Both the position numbers and the translations under genes were made by a program. From Lenisia limosa (lineage: Eukaryota; Protista; Breviatea), in contig LPNZ01003549.1 in assembly GCA_001655205.1 (NCBI GenBank), positions 6,003-70,002 on the forward strand: a stretch of 64,000 nucleotides of DNA, given 5' to 3'. Under the pieces are notes generated by a model. That model worked only from the letters and a program-made list of their open reading frames with translations, was not told the DNA's origin and searched no databases. Of the stretch, positions 12,197-25,664 are shown in pieces (within the stretch, counting starts at the first letter, position 1; every line of letters starts with the position of its first letter).

Positions 12197-15063
12197 CTAC
12201 CTATCCCTGGGCTCGCCAAGACTGCAGCCTTGACCCTCTTTGCGTTGACTTGTCACTTGGCATCGGGAACGCGTCATTGAGATTCGAGAGAGACTCTTGA
12301 GGCCTGGACGATTACAGCTGTAGAAATGGTGCTTGTGGCTATTGTGACAGAGTTTGAAGAAGATTGAAGCCCGATGCATACTGGGAACTATTCCTGATGT
12401 GAGAGTTCGACTGGTGAGATAGGTGTTGGTTCGTACTCTGAGCATAAGGCATCCACGGCTGCGGCTGCATATGGGGCTGAAGCTTGAGTGGAAAACAAAA
12501 AAACAAACAACAAATATAGAGAAGCATTTAATGAAATGAAGGTGTGCTACCAACCTCATAGCTTGGATAGGCCATCGGTACAACCTGGTAACCCATTGGA
12601 GGATATTGAACGTTCATATGAGGGTTGTAGTACATTGGGTTACCCTGTGACACGTTCTGTGAATGTTGCTACGAAGATGAGGGGAATAAAGAGAAACTAA
12701 CCAGTCGCCTATCATAGAAGCTCTGGACCTCAGGCCTCATATTATTCTGCTTGGTGAACGGGGCAATTAAGAAACATATTTTGGTAAGAAAACAAATAAA
12801 AACGAAGCTCACCTTGACATGCTGATGAGACTGGTGATGCATCTGTTCTGGCTGCGGGGGCACGGAGTGCACAGTTTGCTGGGGGATAAAAGGCAAATCG
12901 TACCTTACTGGTCTGAAATGGGACTTATTCGGAGGGGGTGAGACAGGGGATGGAATATGGTCGGATGCTGGAATATAGGCCTCATCTGGGGGGATCAATA
13001 AACAAGGAAGGTCTTACCATGATGAGCAGAGAACAAGGCAGTCTGCTCTTTAGGGAAGAGGCTGTCGCGCTCCTTCGGGAAGAAGGGAGCAGAGCTGGCG
13101 CTGAAGAGCTCTGACGAAGCCTTGTCATAGGCCGTGGTGGTCTTCTTATCCTCAAATACCGGCTTGGAGGGGGGCTGGATGACAGCGGTGTACACCGAGG
13201 CTGTCGGGGTCGGAAGCGGTGATGGCGTGGCTTCCGGTGTCTCCTGTGAGTTTTCAATTAGGGGCTCATGTCTATATTATACAGGAGCAAAAATAATGCA
13301 ACGCCCAAAGACCTGTGTTGAGTCATCAAACGCTTCAGTTGGGTCCACAGAAAGGGACACTTCATCGTCGTCATTGAGACCCAAGTCAGCCACAAGTGCA
13401 GCTACCTCCTGATCATCGTTGATGGACGTTTCCAATAAACTGCCTCCTAAAATGTTAGAACATTAGGATAACAGACCGTGAGCTATTCTGTCGAGATGGG
13501 CCTGCTCCTCCGCTGCCTCCTTCTCGTCATTGACTCTTTGCTCCTCTTCTTTACAGCGCTCGGCCTCAGCCTCTTTGTTAGCCTTCCTCAACTGCCTCTC
13601 TTCTTCTTCCTGGATTCGCGCCTCTTCCTCCAATTTCGCCAACTCTGCTTCCCGTGCAAAACGGTCCGCAATATTCTTATCGTTTTGCTCCAGTTCCTTT
13701 CGCTTTTGCTCCCGTTCATCATTTTCTTGCCGGAGCTAGACTGTGAAAATAGCCTGATTAAAAAGTTAAGCAAAATGAGCATATCAGCGTATCAACAGAA
13801 TGCCACACATGTCATGCATATGGATGCAAATGGTGACATGAGGTCATCTAAGGCTAACTGGTAGAATAAAGACAGTAGTCTAATATCTATTTTCATCACC
13901 CCTTTTTCTTCATATCCTCAAGGAGGGTAATTGACCCCTCACCATTGCCAAACGAACAACATTTTTCTGTTGTTGAACTAATTTTTGTGTTGATAATTCA
14001 CGCTTTCTTTGACGCTCCTGTGGAGTATAGTAAGACGAAGGGGGGCGGGGTGGGGGGGGCTTACCAAATCTTCAGAAGATTGTGTGGTCTCTTCTGGGTC
14101 AGCAACCACAGTGGATGCGATAACCTGAGAAGTGACTTGACAAAAACTTAGCCCTACTGGTTTGGCTGGTGACAAGGCTGTCTTTTTTGAAGTGGATGGG
14201 TTGAGGAAAGAGAATTTTTCGCTTTGCGGTTTGATGGCAGCTGGCTTGTCGCTCTTGGCCATGCTAAGTCTGAAAAGGTCACCAACATTACCAGCTAAAC
14301 GAACCTGAGAGTTTCACCAAGGCTTAATGAGGGAGTTGTTGCAGGGAGGTTTGGCTTTGGGGCGGGATATGAAGGTACAGTGGACGATGTTGATGTGGCA
14401 GGTTTGGGCTTAGTAAGGACGGTCATTGTTGTGGGCTTTGCTTTAGTAAGAGGCTTTTTTTCAGATGAACTAGTTTTCCAATTGGAGGACCCTCGGCTAT
14501 GACTCTTATAAGCTCCAGTCGAGGTCAAGGGTTTCGCATCGTCGCCAGACTTCAACAAACTACTTAATGACCTTCCTTTGTTTCCCAAAGAAGGGAAACT
14601 TGCTTCTGAATTCAGTATAGACGGCTGGAACAATTAAAAACAAACTTTTAAGAAAACAAAGCTTCTTTCTCACCCATACCTTCATATTCTTGCTGACATT
14701 TGAGCCTAAGATGTTAGGATTGAATAACAAGGACCCAAAAGAATTGGTGAACGTTCCAGATATCACACTTCTCACCTCCCAGCTTGAAAGATTCAGTATT
14801 ACGTCTTTTATCAGATCCAAAGGGGTCTTGGGAGTCACTAGGCTTGGAAGAGAAAAGGTTGATTCGCTCTCTTCTTGAAGGATTTTGACGGAAAATATCA
14901 TCATCTTCACCATTCTCACGGTACCACTCTTCCTTAGCTTGGTCCATATTGTCATTATCTAAGAGATTTCATTTAGTGAAACAAAAAAAATTCTAAAAAC
15001 TAATCACCCTCACTTACTATGGTTTCTTTCAATTTGTCCCCATCTCCTGACATCGCCAGACAT
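12197..15063 (-). CDS. Hypothetical low-complexity protein with a central E/K/R-rich coiled coil, a PAM2-like motif and a Q/P/M/Y-rich C-terminus; 3' end uncertain
   Basis: Spliced start MSGDVRRWGQIERNHN|NDNMDQAKEEWYRENGEDDD, charged coil near 13500-13740, LFSASSAPFFP (resembles a PABP-binding PAM2 motif) and GNPMYYNPHMNVQYPPMGY. Confidence 0.6.
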
Positions 15064-15569
15064 TTTGAACCGTAAAAGGGTCTGTTACTAAGACTTTAAG
15101 TTGACTATTGCTTTTGATTTAGCTGCTAAACTGTGAATCTTTGAATTATAACTTTACACAACCAACTCAACAACTCAAACTGCTCAACAACTGCCAAATA
15201 ACTGCTCAAACATGGCTCAAACAAAAATTGTGTTAAGAGAGATCTTCACGATCACATCGAAAGTTGCCCGTGGTGGCCACGCCTCCNNNNNNNNNNNNNN
15301 NNNNNNNNNNNNNNNNNNNNNNNNNNNNNNNNNNNNNNNNNNNNNNNNNNNNNNNNNNNNNNNNNNNNNNNNNNNNNNNNNNNNNNNNNNNNNNNNAAGG
15401 TAAAATAATAAAACAACCTTGAAGCTCAACCAGCACCACACTAGCCGGTACATACATAAATTGCGGGCAAACAAACACTTGTATCCACCTTGTATCCCTC
15501 TCTTCCGATCCAAGTATGCCAACACCTTCGCCTACATTAGCCGGCAAACAGGCAAAACAACTTTTTAGT

Positions 15570-17185
15570 ATGTTTAAAAGTACCATTTTTATTTGAATGA
15601 GACTGGATGTGCAGTGGTATTCAATTTTAATATTGTTTCGTTTGCTCTAGTCACACCTCAGAGCAGGCAGCCGCCGCCATCAGCCGAGCAGAGGCACTCC
15701 TTATCACAACTGGAGCTGGAATGGGAGTTGATTCAGGACTGGTTTGTTAAACACATTTGATTAATGTTCTAGCCAGACTTTCGAGGCAAGGAAGGATTTT
15801 GGAATGCTTATCCTCCCATCAAAGAGGTGGGTGCTTGTCTCTCTTTTTAGTTATTTTGGATGTAAAGTCAATCATTTGTTAATTTCAGAGAGTTAATGAT
15901 CGCTAGGGATCCCAATATAGAGTAGCGATGGTTAATTTTTAAGAATAGAAACAAAAGTAAACATATTTCAGGCTCAATGACCCTCCCCGCCCATCATTTA
16001 GCTGGCAAATCATTTGTTTTAGAAGGGCTTATCTTTTCCTGAAGTGTCAACACCACATTGGTTCAAAGATGACCCAGAATTTGCATGGGTACGTCTAGTT
16101 ATCCTCTCATCTGGCCCAGGGTTTCTTTGGTCACCGAATGAATCTCTACAACAAAACCACTCCACACAAAGTAGGCCGGGGGTGTAAACCCAAAATGGGT
16201 GTTATTTTGGTTGACTTATTCAAGGGACACGATATCATTTTGAAATGGGCTAAGGAAAAGGAGAGTAAAAGAGGTTGGTTTGATAGCATTGGATGTCTCT
16301 GATGAATCTAATAGGATGCTTTTTCTTTACTTCTAATGTGGACGGGCAGCTTATCAAAGCGGGTGTTAATGAACAGAAAATTGTGGAGTGTCATGGTAAG
16401 TAAAATATTTAAACCATTATATGATAGGATCTTTGAGAAATCTTCAATGTTGTAATGATTGCAAATCAAAGCTGTGGTCTTCAGAAGATATCAAAGTATG
16501 TCATTCTTGTCTTTGTTACATTGGAGGTTGAGGTGGATGAGAACTTCAAGGCAGTAGGAAAGTTACCTGAATGCCCCTCTTGTCACGATCTGGCAAGGCC
16601 AAACGTACTCATGTTTGGTGACTATAAATGGAATGGAGAAGTGGGATGGGCACACTGGAGGAAAATGCATTTGCCCGCCTTTTACGTCAGAACTTATTTT
16701 TACCACTATTATACTTTTTTACCATAGTACTGTATTGTATTTAAAAACAATTAGAATCATTAGTTCGTAATATGATGACGATAATATGTATGTAAAATGC
16801 TTGAACAATGATGTAATGCCGCATTTGGCCAGAGTTTACCCATTAGGAAACTATGCAACAAGAAACCCGATACAAACGTTGGTTTTCAGCCCTTGGACAT
16901 GAGATCAAACTCGCAGTCATTGAGATTGGAGCTGGTAACGGTAGGAAATCAACTCTTCTTGTGTGACCTTTGAGCTGTACCAACTGTGCGAGCGCAATCA
17001 GAAATTGTGTGTTCCGCGGTGGAGCGAATGGGTGGAGATGCAACCCTGATCCGAATTAATATCCATGACTCCGAAAGTAAGTCGGTTAGTCTTTTGATGC
17101 TTCAGTTCCTGAAAGTGCGAGTTACTCTAAAATCAGCCTTGGTATGAGTGGTCTTGAAGCGCTAGAAGCCATCGCCAAATACTAA
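15570..17185 (+). CDS. SIR2-family NAD-dependent deacylase (sirtuin); start uncertain, next to an N-gap
   Basis: TGAGMGVDSGL|PDFRGKEGFWNAYPP, GFFGHRMNLY, FTSNVDGQ, ECHGS..QC..C, CPSC..ARPNVLMFGD, IEIGAG, LIRIN; stop TAA 17183-17185. Confidence 0.92.
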
Positions 17186-17235
17186 ATACTGGTTATTTCA
17201 TAAATACATTAAGAAAACAAAAAATTAGACCATAT

Positions 17236-20200
17236 CTAGACTCTCAGTTTTTTCCTTGAGGTTGAGGGAGCATTTGAAGACTTGGACCAGTTTTGGACCA
17301 GGAAGTCAGGAGGGTGTATGACTGCTGATTTGGGCAGCATTGATTTCAAGCTGGTCATTTCCTAGAGTATGTAAGTCAAATAAAACAAACCGGCTGGTTA
17401 GGGTCATCGGTGATACAGATAGACACATCGCTTATTGGGAAGTTCACGACGGTACATCCCATTGCAGAAAGCATTCTTGTGGCTTTCTGGGGGGTGAGTC
17501 TTCCATATGGCAGACCTGTTTAGCATCTAAGTCTTGCATGACAACAATCGCAACTTCACCCTGGAGTTGAGGGCTTTCCTGGTACTCAACTAAAGTGTCA
17601 TAACAAAGTAACTTACCATGATTAAAGCTATTCAACTGCGGTACCTTCACAGGTTCTACTGGATGAGTTCATTAAAACCTATCAAATCCAAAAGGAGTTT
17701 GCCCTCTAACTTGGTAATGGAGCTGGGGTTGCTTTTGTTTCCAAATCACTGTCACTCTCCGTTTCAGCTTCTTCTGCTGGGTTAACCGAAGAAAAACAAG
17801 AGAAAGAAACCTGGAGCGGGTCGTTTGAGTCTTTGAGTTGGTGCGACTGGTTCTTTGTCAGACACTTCCGTCAGATCTTTCTCCGTTTCCTGCACCATTA
17901 GCACTACAAAAGATCAACTACCTCAGGTTCCGAAATCGCGTTGATAGACAAGTCCTGTGCAGTAAGGCTAGACACAAAATAACAAACCTCCTCCGATTCT
18001 GATTCGTTTTCCAAAATGGCGAAAGTGGCAAGGTTAGATGATACCGCCGCCGCCCTCGTTGGCCTGTTCCTTCTTGGTGGAAGCGGAGTGTTGTTTTCTG
18101 ATGCCTGCTCTATGAGTATGCTGTCAGCCAACAAACCTCATCCGATTCAGTCTCATTTTGTTCATCCAAGTCTTCACTGTCCGACTCAAAGAAGCTTTTC
18201 TTGGGGGCAGAAGGAGGGGCTGGGGTGTCTGAAGATATTATCGCCTTTACAAAGAGTTTACAAACTTGTTTGAGGTTCATCATCACTTTCGGACTCGAAA
18301 AACGTTTTTGGTGCTCGCTTTGGTGATATAGAGAAGCCAACTACACCTTGATAATAAAAACTAGCCTACCATCTTCATCTTCGCTTTCTGATTCAAAGAA
18401 GTTCTTTTTTACCGGTACCAAGGCTGAACAATCAAATGAACACGTTCTTACCTGGGGTAGGAGCGGCGTCATCAGAGTCACTAGCTGTGCTCTCATCATC
18501 TTCGTTATCCAAAACGACAGTCGAAGGAGCTGAAGAGTTAGTGTCAAAACAAGCTGTCTTTGCAATGGCCCTTCTTTACCTTGTCGCGGGTGAGTAACAA
18601 CACTTGGTTCTAAACAGTCAGCTCATGATGTGACAAAGCTCCCTCACTTTTGTTGTGTCTGAAGTAGTACACGGTGACATTGACATTTTTCTGGACGAGA
18701 CGCGACCGAATTAACCGTTCAGTGGAATACCAATTGAACCCTAGACAATAACTAAAATTCAGAGTCAAACCTGGCATTTTATCTCCAATTCTTGGCATAT
18801 GGACTGAGAGATTTTTGGTTTTAGCTGCCTTTGACAGTCTAGCAAGAGCCTCACCAAGCAAACTCGGGTCAATAACCTGAATTGTGAGTTCCATCCCAGT
18901 CCAATAGCAAACAGAACCAGCGCCCTTCCTACGGTGCGTTTCCGGTGGGCTGCAAGAAGAGCCACGTGGATTTGTGAGTTCTGCGAACAATAACCAATTG
19001 CAGAAACCGACTTTGGTTGGGAGAAGCAAACAGAATCCAGGTTTCAAATCCTTCATTTTGTGGGCCTTTTCATATCCTTCAACAACTTCAGGCCTATACC
19101 ATCAGCGCAGCAGATTTGAATTACCATTTGTTCTTGATTACAGAGAAGATGCCACCGCGTCCCCAATCTCCGGAAGCATCCACAGTATGACAGACAACTG
19201 CAGGAAGGCGCACTGGTTGCGAAACATCACCGATAGTAAAGTTGAGGCAGGTTGGGTTTTGTGCTACATATGTAACTCATATAAGTTTAATCACAAGCAT
19301 ACGTATGACATCAGCGCCTTCTTCATCACTTGACCCAGCTGTTTCTTCATCAGATTCTCCAGCGGTCTTATCGGACTCTGATACATCACTCTCCAAGCTA
19401 AACGTCAGTCTACATCACCCAGGCCTACTCAAGGGCAACACTTTTATATCCTTCCTTCTGCCATTTGAGTTTAAGTCTCTGAAGAGTTAGTGTGATGAGG
19501 AAACGCCAAACCTCTTCTGCTGTAATTTTTGGCTTTGCAGGAGCCTTCTTCCGGGGTTTTGCAGCCAAAGCACCAGCCTACAAGTCAGAACCGAAGTAAA
19601 CTAACCAGTTGGTTGGTATTTGTAGATGTGGTGGTCTTCCGCTTCGGCACTATATAATGAGGCACGCAAAAAGCATTACACTATAATCCAATATCTCTTA
19701 TTAGCGTGATGGTGTGGACGGCTTCAGCCAGATACAACCTTATTTTTTATTTCTCATTGCTATACATATATCATATATCGTATATAATATATATAACATC
19801 GATGCTAATTAATAAATAACAAACACAGGTCTGGAACTTTGGCAATAGCAGCTGCCTGCATTTCGGCCATGATTTTGTCATCAGCATCCTTGCTCTGAAC
19901 AGTAAGATATCATCATTGAGGCAGTACCTTTACTTGAGACACGCCGTCAAAGTGATAAAGATTGGATCTAGCTGTCAAATATGCGTCCACCTGAACATTA
20001 AACATAATAATACATTCCAAATATCACACACCTTGTCTGTGTTTTGGTTCTTGAGTTCTTCATCAGAAATTTTATTCTTCTACAGATATGAGAGAACAAA
20101 AAGACAACTTTACAATATCAACAACAACAAACTTTGAGCATTGAAAGAATATCTCTGTCTTTGGGGAAGTCAGAATCCTGATCAGATACAAGGGAACTGA

Positions 20201-22985
20201 AATATTTAGGAGGCAAGCCATCAAAATGTCAGGGAAATGTGCACAAAGAATCCAGTGTCTAAGGTCCAAAAGAGAACACACCTGAGACCAAACTTGAGAG
20301 CGCTACGGACTTCGTCTGATGTCGAAGCTACATAGGTAACACAATAGATCTTGTCACCACTTTTCAGGGTATCGGTTGCTGCAGTTCCATCCAGGACCGC
20401 ATTGCTAAGGGCCATTTTAGCCATAGCTCTTCTCAAGATCACCTTGAAAGTGAAGAGAGATCAAGAAGCCTGGTGTGGCTGTTGCCTCACCTCGTCAATC
20501 GTATCACGTGAAATCAGGCGGATAACGGTGACGTCTTTAGTTTGGCCCAACCTGTATGCACGGTCTTCGGCCTGCAAGTCTGCGGTTGGGTTCCAATCCA
20601 GATCAGTGAAGATCACAGTGTCTGCAGCGACAAGATTGAGCCCTAAACCTCCTGCACGCGTTGACAAAAGGAACACAAATGAATCCTTGTCGTTTTGAAA
20701 TGTTGTAACAGCAGCATTTCGTTCCTAGAAGTCAATGAGTGAGGTTCCAACTTCGCTTCGAGCTGATCCATCAAGTCGCTCATAGGGATAATCTCTCAAA
20801 TGGCAATAGTCCTGTATGTAAGATGGTGACTAGAATGTTCACCTGAAGAATATCAATGAAGGACGTCATTTGTGAAAAGACAAGAGCCTTGCGCCCGTTC
20901 TTCTTGAGATCTTTCAGGATCACATCAAGAGCCTTGAGTTTGGCAGAAGCTTCAACTAAGTGCTCTCCTTGTAAATGAGAAAAATAGTACAACAACCCAA
21001 ACCTTCAACAAACGGCTCAGGCTCTACTCCGTCGAAAAGATAAGGATGACACGACGCCTGAATGTGACTTACAAGAACAAAAGGAGTGGGATACCTTTCT
21101 GAGTTGGGCAACCACATTCAGTAACCTTGACGTTGCCATTCCCTCAATTTTGCCTGCATCTAAAGAGTGAGATGACACTAAATCCCACCCTTTGTGAGAA
21201 CCGCTTTGTAGACATTTTTTTGGATAGTTGTCAGTGGCACTGGGACAACAACTCTATTTTTAGAAGGCAAATCCAGAACAACATCCTATAAATAAGAGAC
21301 ACGAATAGCTCAACCTTTAGACGACGCAGGAAGATAGGTTTCATGACTTCTTTGAGCTGGTTTAGCACTTCTCCTGTTGGCTTTCCATCCTAGTGTATTA
21401 TATGAATAGATTTTCTAATAAAAATCAGAGTTCCTCTTCCAAGAATCCAAATACTTTTGCTGGGAATGTTTGGTGGAACTGTTCAGCGGATGTAAAGATC
21501 TGAAAAGTTAACTATTGTCACAGAATACCCCAGAAATTCATATTTCTCTTGAGAAAATTAACACGGATATCAGAGCATAAACTTACGGTAACGTCATCTT
21601 AATACTACTTTTTCACCTTGAAGTTTTGGTCAACTTATATGATATGATATGGCTTTTCTCAACCACCCTAAAAACCTATTTAACTGTATTGACGAAATCT
21701 CTGATTGTAGTGGTTACAAGGTTTTAATAGCTGTAGAGCCACGGTTGGTTTATATTGGGTACATTTAAAGATTTTCTCAAGCTTAAACGTAAAAAATGGT
21801 ATTCTACAGCCGAGAGAGATCACCCTCTTGCTCTACTCTTTCTTTACTTCTTCTCCTTGGTTGTGCTTCTGTGTTTAGACGAGTTATTATAAATGAGCAG
21901 AGCGTAGACTTATCTATGATGATTTTGCTGATTTTATATGGAAAAGAAAGGCACAGACTGGCTGGGAATCCGAGCCAAGTTTCTGGTTATTTTTTTGGTA
22001 ATTTTTATTGTGGTAAAAAGGAATGGTACACTCAATGCCCAATGCCACCTTGCCCATCTAACCTTTGGGAGACATAGATGAAGCAGGCTATATAGCTCTT
22101 GTAGATTGTTTTGAATAGGCGACCCAGTCAACATGACCATGTTCAGTAGCTTGTACTCAGACTCAAGAGCCTTGTAGAGGATAGCATCAGTGGATTTGAA
22201 TCGATGTGCTTCATCAAGACAGGTGTACCTGCTTGTGTTATTGAAAAACTCAAATAGTTAACATCCAAATCCCGCATACACCCATTTGTATTTTGTGAAG
22301 AAAACTTTGTCTCTTAGGGCAAGGTCAAAGGAAGTAAGGACAATGTGGGGGTTCTGAGTGGTCTTAAACGATGCTCTGAACTTGTGGCGAATCTGCATGT
22401 CAGACAACTTCACTCCCTACTTCTCTTCGACTATCCTGGTCGCCAACATAACTGAAAACAATTGAGTTTGGAAGGGCCTTTTTAATTTCTGCCTCCCAGT
22501 TCCCAACCGTTGATAACGGAGCAATCACAACTGAAAGGTTACATAACCCTGACCTTACGATAAGGGCCTTTTGACTGTTGTGCGAGGTGGCCGATCATAG
22601 CAATTGCTTGTAGAGTCTTACCGAGTCCCTAGATGTTACAACTCAAGTAATTCTTACCATGTCATCCCCAAGAATTCCAGATAAACCATTGTCATAGAGA
22701 TTGACAAGCCTGGCCAATGATTAATATTCTATCACTTTGAAAATAGTGAAAATGAAAATCCAAATATCCGGAATCCCCCTGACCAATTTAAACCTTCAAG
22801 TTGATAATCTCTGAGTTTGAAGTGTGAAAGAAACGCAGGAGAAGTTTGGTATCTTAAATCATTAACACAGTATACTCCTTTGAGTCATCATATTTAGGAA
22901 TCCATCAATTTGAACACCTCCCCATCCTCTCTTACTTTGCTTTGCTAGAACTTGGAAGCAAATTCAGGTAATCTTTATAATTCAT
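17236..22985 (-). CDS. CHD1L: CHD1L/ALC1-like SNF2 remodeller: ATPase, helicase-C, macrodomain, acidic linker and C-terminal BRCT-like domain
   Basis: [82 protein letters not shown]; macrodomain [22 protein letters not shown] and [18 protein letters not shown]; the last exons resemble BRCT. Confidence 0.9.
19680..19758 (+). repeat. ~80-bp dispersed intronic repeat, copy A (CHD1L intron)
   Basis: CTATAATCCAATATCTCTTATTAGCGTGATGGTGTGGACGGCTTCAGCCAGATACAACCTTATTTTTTATTTCTCATT closely matches the reverse complement of 27170-27250. Confidence 0.85.
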
Positions 22986-23523
22986 CTTAGGTAGATGAGA
23001 CAACTACTAATTGTCTCTCACTTTTACCTTTTTTCTTTTTTTTTTTTTTTACTTAATGAGATCCACTCACTCACTCACTTCTTGCTGCACTTCCCACGCA
23101 CTTCCCCAGCAGAAAAGAAAAGGCAAAGGGAACAAAAGGGGGAAAGGGGGGCAAAAAGGGCAAAAATGACTCAACTCCAGATCACCAGATCAAAACAGAT
23201 TTGTGTTGTTGGTTGCGCTGGTTGCGCTAGCTTTCTACTATTATGGTGATGAGAAGAGGAGGAACTGAAACGGAAGGAAGAAAAAGCAGTACGGAGTCTA
23301 AGCAAAGCCCGTGAGGCAATGAAGCATCTTGTTGTTTTTTTGTTGTGTGGTATTTTTATGTTGTATAACCGAGGAGGGCTGTGTGAGGATTCTTATGGGA
23401 CTCCCCAGTGCAATATCGGAGACTTTCTGTTTCTAGGGTGAATATACCCCCAGATTATTGATGCATTAAAGTTCACAGTTCATAGCCAGGCGTAGCTCGC
23501 TCTCTCACAAGTGATTCTTTGGC

Positions 23524-25551
23524 ATGTCACTCTCACAACGTTCTTCAGTTATCAAGGAGGGAGATTTGGTGATTTTGTATCTTTCTTACGGGAGCATCAC
23601 CTTCGCCTACATGGACCCTGAAAAGGTGGAATTAGGGACCTCTTTTAGATGAAGTTAACAATTATTTAACTACACAGGTTGTTAATAATACTCATGGTTG
23701 TTTCAAACATGAGAGTATCATTGGACAACACTTTGGCACCAAGGTGAGCTCCACAACCGCATGAATGCATGACTAGCCATGAGTTGATGCAATAGATACG
23801 CTCCTCATCAGCACCCTTCGGATGGATGACACTTCTCCACCCTACGCCTGATCTTTGGACTAACGTTTTGAGCATGCGGACTCAGATTCTCTACCTTGCC
23901 GACATTTCAATGATTTCTGTTGTTCTTGGCCTTCGTGCTGGAGAGACCGTTTTTGAGTCCGGTAGGTCTGAGGCCCGTTTTTGAGCTGCATGTAGAATAA
24001 GACAACTTTCATGTTGAAATCTTTCCATTCTTTTCGTGTACATTGGCTTAAACTCGCAGGTACTGGTACTGGGTCATTGACGACGTCTCTTGCACGGACC
24101 GTGGGGGCCACTGGCAAGGTCTACACCTTCGAGTTCCATCCCGAGAGAGCACGCCTTGCAAAGTTGGCTCTTCGCCGCATCTTCTTATGGCTCTAGGATT
24201 GCGTTCAAAGACAATGGACTTGACATGGTTGTTGGAAGTCACTGTGATGTCCTTGGTGGGTGATGGGGCATGTAATGGGGGTAATTGTTTAGGTATGCTG
24301 GGAAGGCACGCAGAAAGCTGTGTGCACAGATTTATAAGGCGAATGATGGGGTGAATCAGTATCATACATGTGTACTATAATCCAATATAAGAATGATGTT
24401 GTGGATGGCTTCGGCAGATACCACCTCTACATAGATTAGATCAAATGTTTTGGATTTGTTCAAACACATTTTATGCGATATGGTATGTAGCTATTGAGCA
24501 AGTTCAAGTATTTTTAAATAGGACATATAAAAAAGTAAGAAAAAGGCAATAAAAAACAGTAGTTCACGTTCTTAGGAAACGGGTTCCAGATTGAGGGAAC
24601 AGAATCATCGGCAATCAACATGGCTGATGCTTTGTTCTTGGATCTCCCATCACCACAAGTAAGGCAATGTGGTCTTTAGTATATGATGGCATCTTAGGAC
24701 GCTCTTGTTGCGGCAACTGGCGCGTTGAAGGACCTTGGAAGGCTGTGTTCGTTTTCACCTTGTATTGAGCAGGTGCGTTTGTTCTCTGTATGCTTTTTTA
24801 TGTTTTAGGTTCAAAAGATGTCAGATGAGATGAGAGCAAAGGGATATATCAGTAGGCAATGGGTTCAGAAAGAATGTGGGAGATTCTGCTAACTTTTTCA
24901 AACAATCTTCCTTTTTTTTCTCATTAGTTTTCCTTGATACTGCATGTGAGATAGCTTTTTGCACGGAGTTATGTTGCAAATTATGAGCTTGATGATAAGA
25001 ATGTTTCAGTCAGATAATTCCTTTCATTAAGAATGGCTTCAGCAGATAAGTCCTTTTATTATTATTATTTCTCATTTCTACATGTACTATGTATGATGTG
25101 CCGCTCCCTCTCCCCTCCCTTACCTTTTTTATTAGAACTTAAAAGGAAACCTTTTTGCGTCTTTAGAACAAAATAAGAAGTCTCTTTTAAATATATTACC
25201 ACAATAAAAAGACCTTTGTTTAAACAATCTGACCCTCACCCCTTCCCCACAGATGTGCGAACAGTGGAAACTCTTCTGAGAGCCCACGAGACAAGAAATG
25301 AGAGTCTCCAAATTCCAGCTGAATTCAAAGCGGCTCCTCCCCAGGTTTGTGCTTTTCTTAATCCCCAGGTTCGTCCTTTTCCTATCTCTTTCTACAACGC
25401 CAATTCATATACATAGGATCCTGAAGCGGTATCAAAGAAGGTTATGTTGGCAACTAATGAGCATATCACTTCGCATCCCTCAACATTTGCCAGGGGGCAC
25501 ACGGGGTACCTCACTTTTGGAACTCGTCAGCTTAGATGTTTCGATAAATAG
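23524..25551 (+). CDS. TRM61: tRNA m1A58 methyltransferase catalytic subunit (TRM61/GCD14/TRMT61A)
   Basis: IKEGDLVI, LLHPTPDLWT..RTQILYLADIS, ESGTGTGSLTTSLARTVGATGKVYTFEFHPER, ADALFLDLPSP, CSFSPCIEQ, RGHTGYLTF. Confidence 0.93.
24373..24421 (+). repeat. Dispersed intronic repeat, copy B (TRM61 intron, partial)
   Basis: TACTATAATCCAATAT...GTGGATGGCTTCGGCAGATAC matches copies A and C with an internal deletion. Confidence 0.7.
25034..25080 (+). repeat. Dispersed intronic repeat, copy D (TRM61 intron, 3' fragment)
   Basis: TGGCTTCAGCAGATAAG..TTATTTCTCATTTCTA resembles the 3' half of copies A and C. Confidence 0.5.
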
Positions 25552-25664
25552 ATTTTCAGTGCTCGTACGTGTTTCTTGAACTGTTTGGAATGTACTTGTA
25601 CAGATGTTATATAGTATGATATATTATTAAAATAAAAATGGAACAAAAAATTTAAAATTTACGT

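Noticed and set aside
21549-21781. 11-bp inverted repeat CTTGAGAAAAT/ATTTTCTCAAG in a long CHD1L intron
   Set aside because: Too short and AT-rich, with no convincing target-site duplication or second copy.
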